Origin: a bacterium
Lineage (GTDB): Bacteria; SZUA-79; Acidulodesulfobacterales; Acidulodesulfobacteraceae
NCBI GenBank assembly: GCA_021798875.1
Contig: JAJZBN010000002.1
Span: 82,831 to 146,830, forward strand
DNA length: 64,000 nt
Direction of reading: 5' to 3'
Position 1 is the stretch's first letter, and each line of letters starts with the position of its first letter. The position numbers and the translations under genes were made by a program. This document shows positions 59,766 through 64,000 of this stretch, piece by piece. The notes beneath the pieces are model-generated. The model made no database searches. It had not been told where the DNA came from and was given only the letters and a program-made list of their open reading frames with translations.

Positions 59766-59932
59766 TAGAAAACCTCCTTATATAATTATTAAAATATTGA
59801 ATGAAATAACCAAGAGTAAAAAAAATAGCAATAAAATTTATTTTTATTTTTTTTATAGTTGTTTTATTAAAAAATGATTAATATAATACATTAAATCATA
59901 TTGTATTTTTTAAATCAAATAACTAAACGTCA

Positions 59933-61504
59933 ATGAAAAAAACATTAAATCTACTTCAGCTGACTTTTGCTTCTACGAGTGCAATCATCGGTTCGGGATG
60001 GCTTCTGGGCATTTATGTAAGCGCAAAATATGCAGGGCCGGCATCTATTTTATCATGGTTTATCAGCGGCTTTGCCATTATGCTGATAGCTTTGGTTTAC
60101 AGCGAACTCGGAGCTATGCTTCCTTCCGCGGGCAGTCTTGCAAGATACCCTAAATATACGCATGGCGCATTTCTCGGATTTATAACGAGCTGGATACTTA
60201 TCATAGCCGGTGCAGCCGTCAGCACCATAGAAACCGAAGCTACGGTTCAGTACCTTAACCGATATATTCCCGGTCTATTCATAAATAACTCCCCTACGAG
60301 GTTAGGAATACTATTTTCGTTTTTTATACTTTTAATTTTCTTTATATTAAATTTTTTCGGCGCGAAAATTTTTGCAAAAACCAATACTTTCCTGACTTAC
60401 TTTAAAATTTTTATCGTATTAGCCGCTTCTATAACGCTTATATATGTTTCCGTTAAAAACGGCAATATAAAAAATCTTAACGTATATAACTTAATGCCTT
60501 ACGGATACGACGGCGTTATGAAAAGTATATCTCTTGGAGGGGTTATATTTTCATATCTCGGTTTCAGGCAGGCTATAGACCTGTCCGGTGAAGCTAAAAA
60601 TCCGGGCAGAGACGTGCCGATAGCTACAATTTTATCCGTTATAATAGGCATTATAATTTATACTTTGCTTTCATTCAGTTTTATTGCCGCCGTCCCCGCC
60701 GTTAAAAATAATAATTGGGGTATGCTTAATCTTTCTTCGCCTTTCGTCAATTTATTAAATCTTTACGGGCTTCCGGCATTTGCAATTATGGTAATGGTGG
60801 GCGCTGTTATATCGCCTTTTGCCACCGGTTTGGTATATATGGGAACGACTTCTAGGATTACTTTTGCTATGTCCAAGATGAAATTTTTGCCGGAAAGTTT
60901 TCATAAAAATTTCAATAAATACGGCACCGCATATATCTCTTTAATTGTAACTTTTATACTATCGGCATTATATCTCCTTCCGTTTCCGAGCTGGCAGTCT
61001 TTAGTAGGCGTAATTACGTCGGGAATGGTTTTTACTTACGTCTTAGGGCCGATAGGGCTTATGACATTCAGGAAATTGGACGCAGAAAAAAAACGCCCTT
61101 TTTATCTGCCTTTCGCAAATATTATTTCTTTATCGGCGTTTATAGTAGGCACCCTCATTATTTACTGGTCGACTTTTACCGTACTGTGGAAGCTGGGAAT
61201 CGGAATATCGGCGGGGATTTTATTATTTATTTTTACTAATTTTAACGGCATTAAAACAAAATTTAAACAGACCGTAATGCCTGGTTTATGGTTTCTTTTT
61301 TATATAGCCGCTCTTATAACTATATCTTTTTTCGGCAGTAAAAATTTCGGCGGAGATAATGCCGTTAAATCCCCTTACGACTTAATAATCGTAATATTAA
61401 CGGCGGTTTTATTTTACTTTATAGCAATCAATACCTCGATAAAAAAAGAAGAAATGAAAATGATAATCGAGGAAGAATTCATCGGCGAAGAGTTCGAAAT
61501 ATAA
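59933..61504 (+). CDS. APC-superfamily amino acid/polyamine permease
   Basis: About 12-14 TM segments and an APC-like N-terminal context (STSAIIGSGWL). Confidence 0.8.
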   Translation: MKKTLNLLQLTFASTSAIIGSGWLLGIYVSAKYAGPASILSWFISGFAIMLIALVYSELGAMLPSAGSLARYPKYTHGAFLGFITSWILIIAGAAVSTIETEATVQYLNRYIPGLFINNSPTRLGILFSFFILLIFFILNFFGAKIFAKTNTFLTYFKIFIVLAASITLIYVSVKNGNIKNLNVYNLMPYGYDGVMKSISLGGVIFSYLGFRQAIDLSGEAKNPGRDVPIATILSVIIGIIIYTLLSFSFIAAVPAVKNNNWGMLNLSSPFVNLLNLYGLPAFAIMVMVGAVISPFATGLVYMGTTSRITFAMSKMKFLPESFHKNFNKYGTAYISLIVTFILSALYLLPFPSWQSLVGVITSGMVFTYVLGPIGLMTFRKLDAEKKRPFYLPFANIISLSAFIVGTLIIYWSTFTVLWKLGIGISAGILLFIFTNFNGIKTKFKQTVMPGLWFLFYIAALITISFFGSKNFGGDNAVKSPYDLIIVILTAVLFYFIAINTSIKKEEMKMIIEEEFIGEEFEI

Positions 61505-61505
61505 T

Positions 61506-61691
61506 TTATTTATCGTTAGGACCGCTTTCGTCAGATTGATCGTTTTTATTTACTTTAACCGGTTTATCGCATCCGTGCTTCCAGTCGCAGTACGGCAGCC
61601 TGCTCGATAAACCGCATTTGCAGTAATATAAAGGTCTTTCCTTTACTTTAGATTTTAATTTGGTTAAATCGACTTTATCCACTTTTTTCAT
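61506..61691 (-). CDS. CDGSH-type iron-sulfur domain mini-protein (variant motif)
   Basis: CKCGLSSRLPYCDWKH fits C-x-C-x2-S-x3-P-x-C-D-x-x-H (3Cys-1His). Its start overlaps the MFS gene stop by 4 nt. Confidence 0.6.
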   Translation of the reverse strand: MKKVDKVDLTKLKSKVKERPLYYCKCGLSSRLPYCDWKHGCDKPVKVNKNDQSDESGPNDK

Positions 61692-62845
61692 TTTTTAATC
61701 CTCATAATTAGAAGATAGCAAATTAAAGAAGATGCTATTAGAATAGCAGGTATGAAACTGCGGTAGCTTTCGTACAGCAGCCCCGCTATACTTCCGCCTA
61801 TAAAACTTCCCGAAAATTGCAAAGTATTGTAAACCCCCATGGAAGTGCCTACGAAAGACTTATCAGATGAAGACGACACTAAAGAAGGCATTATAGGTTC
61901 GGTAATAGAAAAACCCGTAAAAAACAAAATTCCGCCTATTATAATTATCGGCAGGGCATAACCTTTAGTATCGGAAAACATAAAAATGCTTGAAACAGCC
62001 ATCAATAAAAAACTTAATTTTAAAAGATGAACTTCATATCCCATATCGGCTTTTTTTGAAGCTTTCATCATTGCAAAAAGAGAAAATACGACCATAGGTA
62101 TTAAAACCTTATAATAATATCCGGTTCCCAATTCATGCTTGACTATTAAAGGCAGACCGAAAAAGAAAACGGTCATAAAGAAAGACAAAAGAAAACCCTG
62201 CACGGAAAGATTTGCAAGCGTTTTGTTTTTCAAAACGGCAACGGCGTCCTTAAAGGAAATCTCTATTTCTTTCAGCATTTCTTTGCTTTTCGGCTCCTCT
62301 ACCCATAAAAGGATTGAAACGGCCGACATTATCCCAAGAATGCCGGAAACGTAAAATAAAAATGGATAACCGAAGTAATAGGAAAGTAAAGGACCCAAAA
62401 CGATACCTACTACGAAACTTAATCCTATAGGAATACCGAGAAACGCCATAGCTTTAGTCCTGTCTCCTTCGGAAACGGTATCGGAAACCAAAGCGAACGC
62501 CACGGAACTTTCGGCGGCGACTCCTTGAAGAAACCTTAAAGAAATAAGTTCGTAAATATTATCGGAAAAACCTATTATAAAAGTAAATACGCCGAATAAC
62601 AGCATACCGAAAAACAGAACGTTTTTTCTTCCTATTTTATCGGAAATATAGCCGAACGGAATCTGGAAAATCGCCCTCGATAAGCCGTAAATGCCGAATG
62701 CAATTCCTATTAAAATAAAACTTGACGTAAATTTTTCGGCGAACAGCACGAAAACCGGCAAAACAAGAAATACCGCGAGCATTCTTAGTCCAACTACGGA
62801 ACTCATTGCCATGATAGTCTTTTTCTGCTTTTTGCTAAAAGCCAT
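61688..62845 (-). CDS. MFS transporter
   Basis: 12 TM segments with an MFS loop 2-3 motif (GYISDKIGRKNV). Confidence 0.85.
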   Translation of the reverse strand: MAFSKKQKKTIMAMSSVVGLRMLAVFLVLPVFVLFAEKFTSSFILIGIAFGIYGLSRAIFQIPFGYISDKIGRKNVLFFGMLLFGVFTFIIGFSDNIYELISLRFLQGVAAESSVAFALVSDTVSEGDRTKAMAFLGIPIGLSFVVGIVLGPLLSYYFGYPFLFYVSGILGIMSAVSILLWVEEPKSKEMLKEIEISFKDAVAVLKNKTLANLSVQGFLLSFFMTVFFFGLPLIVKHELGTGYYYKVLIPMVVFSLFAMMKASKKADMGYEVHLLKLSFLLMAVSSIFMFSDTKGYALPIIIIGGILFFTGFSITEPIMPSLVSSSSDKSFVGTSMGVYNTLQFSGSFIGGSIAGLLYESYRSFIPAILIASSLICYLLIMRIKK

Positions 62846-62902
62846 TCTGCATTCTCCTAATATACTTAAATTTTTTGATCGTAAACCGCTTATTATTATA
62901 AA

Positions 62903-63793
62903 TCACTTCCCCGTCCTTATTTGGCGCGACTGATAGCTTCTAATAGCCCTTAAAAAATCTATTTCCCTGAACTCCGGCCAGTATGCTTCGCAGAAATAAA
63001 ACTCTGAATATGCGCTTTGCCAAAGCAGGAAACCCGATAATCTGATTTCTCCGCTGGTTCTGATAATTAAATCCGGATCTGGGGAACCTTTCGCATAAAG
63101 ATATTTGGATATATTTTCAACGGTAATAATATTGGACAGGTAATCGTAATCGTCGTTAAAACCCGAAGAACATTGCCGGCTATCAGCGTCAGGCAGGGAT
63201 GGACTTTTATGCAATTCTACTTTTTTATTTTCGTCCGAACCTTCGCATACATGGCTTGCTTTATTTATTATATAAATATTATCCGAAATAAAATTTATTA
63301 TAGCGTCGCATATCTCCTGCCTTCCTCCGTATCCTACGGCTATATAAAGTTTCATATTGGAATAGTCTTTCGTTTTATTTTCGAGCCTGTCGATGACTTC
63401 TATTAAATCTTCCGACAACAGATCTCTTTTGCCGATAACCGAAACCCTTATTTTATTATCGTTTATAAATTTTGAATTTATATAAGATTCGAGCTGATTT
63501 TTAATTATAAGCATTAAACTGTCGATTTCGGAGCGGCTTCTTTTAAAATTATCCGTAGAAAATGCCCATACGGTCACGACTTTGATTTTTAAACCTAAAC
63601 ACCAGGAAAGAACTTCGTAAAGTTTATCGGCGCCTTTTCTATGCCCGCTGCTTGCATCTTCAAAACCGCATTTCTTAGCGTATCTCCTGTTGCCGTCCAA
63701 TATTATCCCTATGTGCTGAGGGATTTTATTCTTTAATATCTGTCTTTCTAACTTTTTTTTATAGTAAAAATATGCTAATTTTTTTACGAACAT
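62903..63793 (-). CDS. uppS: cis-prenyltransferase (undecaprenyl-diphosphate synthase family) with an internal insertion
   Basis: HIGIILDGNRRYA and RTSGEIRLSGFLLWQ motifs. About 40 extra residues lie between them compared with the usual ~250-aa enzymes. Confidence 0.85.
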   Translation of the reverse strand: MFVKKLAYFYYKKKLERQILKNKIPQHIGIILDGNRRYAKKCGFEDASSGHRKGADKLYEVLSWCLGLKIKVVTVWAFSTDNFKRSRSEIDSLMLIIKNQLESYINSKFINDNKIRVSVIGKRDLLSEDLIEVIDRLENKTKDYSNMKLYIAVGYGGRQEICDAIINFISDNIYIINKASHVCEGSDENKKVELHKSPSLPDADSRQCSSGFNDDYDYLSNIITVENISKYLYAKGSPDPDLIIRTSGEIRLSGFLLWQSAYSEFYFCEAYWPEFREIDFLRAIRSYQSRQIRTGK

Positions 63794-63870
63794 TTTATTT
63801 ATATGTTATAATCTTTCTAATTAATTTTAATTTTTAATATAACATATTTTGACTATTTTTTAAAATTTAG

Positions 63871-64000
63871 CATGTCTTATAAAAAAGTAAACGGCATTGA
63901 TATTTTTTATATTTTTCATAAAGCACCTATTGCCAAAGATAAAAAAACCGAAAACAGAAGCATAGTTCTGATTCACGGCGCCGGCGGAAATCATCTTTCT
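63871..64000 (+). CDS. alpha/beta-fold hydrolase, 5' fragment (runs off the window end)
   Basis: ATG at 63871. MSYKKVNGIDIFYIFHKAP....SIVLIHGAGGNHLS is a typical N-terminal strand plus HG oxyanion region. Confidence 0.6.

Overview
This is an AT-rich, gene-dense bacterial chromosomal segment. 47 of 53 recognisable CDS lie on the minus strand. Almost everything is core housekeeping.

Gene content in window order:
- prfB (needs a +1 frameshift, missed by the ORF track), lnt, mazG, a DgkA-PAP2 fusion, ybeY, a 7TM-HD protein and phoH.
- An L,D-transpeptidase-like gene, murJ and asd.
- A complete leuBDCA / ilvCNBD block with psd-pssA nested inside it.
- A DUF465 gene, tsaB, rseP and pheT, followed by a 3.9 kb cassette and then pheS.
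- A 1217-aa GGDEF sensor and atpZ-atpI-atpB-atpE without the F1 genes.
- A Rieske / cytochrome b / polytopic mono-haem cytochrome c cluster.
- uvrA, pdxA, two PpiC-type PPIases, mfd, ppdK, glyS and glyQ (apparent ATT start), nadA, trpS, a DsrE-like gene and trxB.
- An APC permease, a CDGSH mini-protein, an MFS transporter, a UppS-like prenyltransferase and the start of an alpha/beta hydrolase.

I saw no rRNA, tRNA, CRISPR array, transposase or integrase.

The most unusual locus is the cassette that splits pheS from pheT. It encodes a PRTase-only ComF-like protein translationally coupled to a DprA/Smf-like protein, plus a divergent compact SF1 (UvrD-like) helicase with an unassignable ~290-aa N-terminal domain. 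This composition resembles the ShosTA / PsyrTA toxin-antitoxin defence systems as much as it resembles competence genes.

The cassette is bordered by four tandem 39-bp hairpin repeats. These repeats preserve an ATG-initiated reading frame that ends 2 nt before the pheT start. Related copies of the repeat occur elsewhere in the window.

The taxon cannot be assigned from the sequence alone. The gene order (ilv-psd-pssA-leu, split atp operon, SurA-like chaperones) suggests a diderm, deltaproteobacteria-like or neighbouring lineage.
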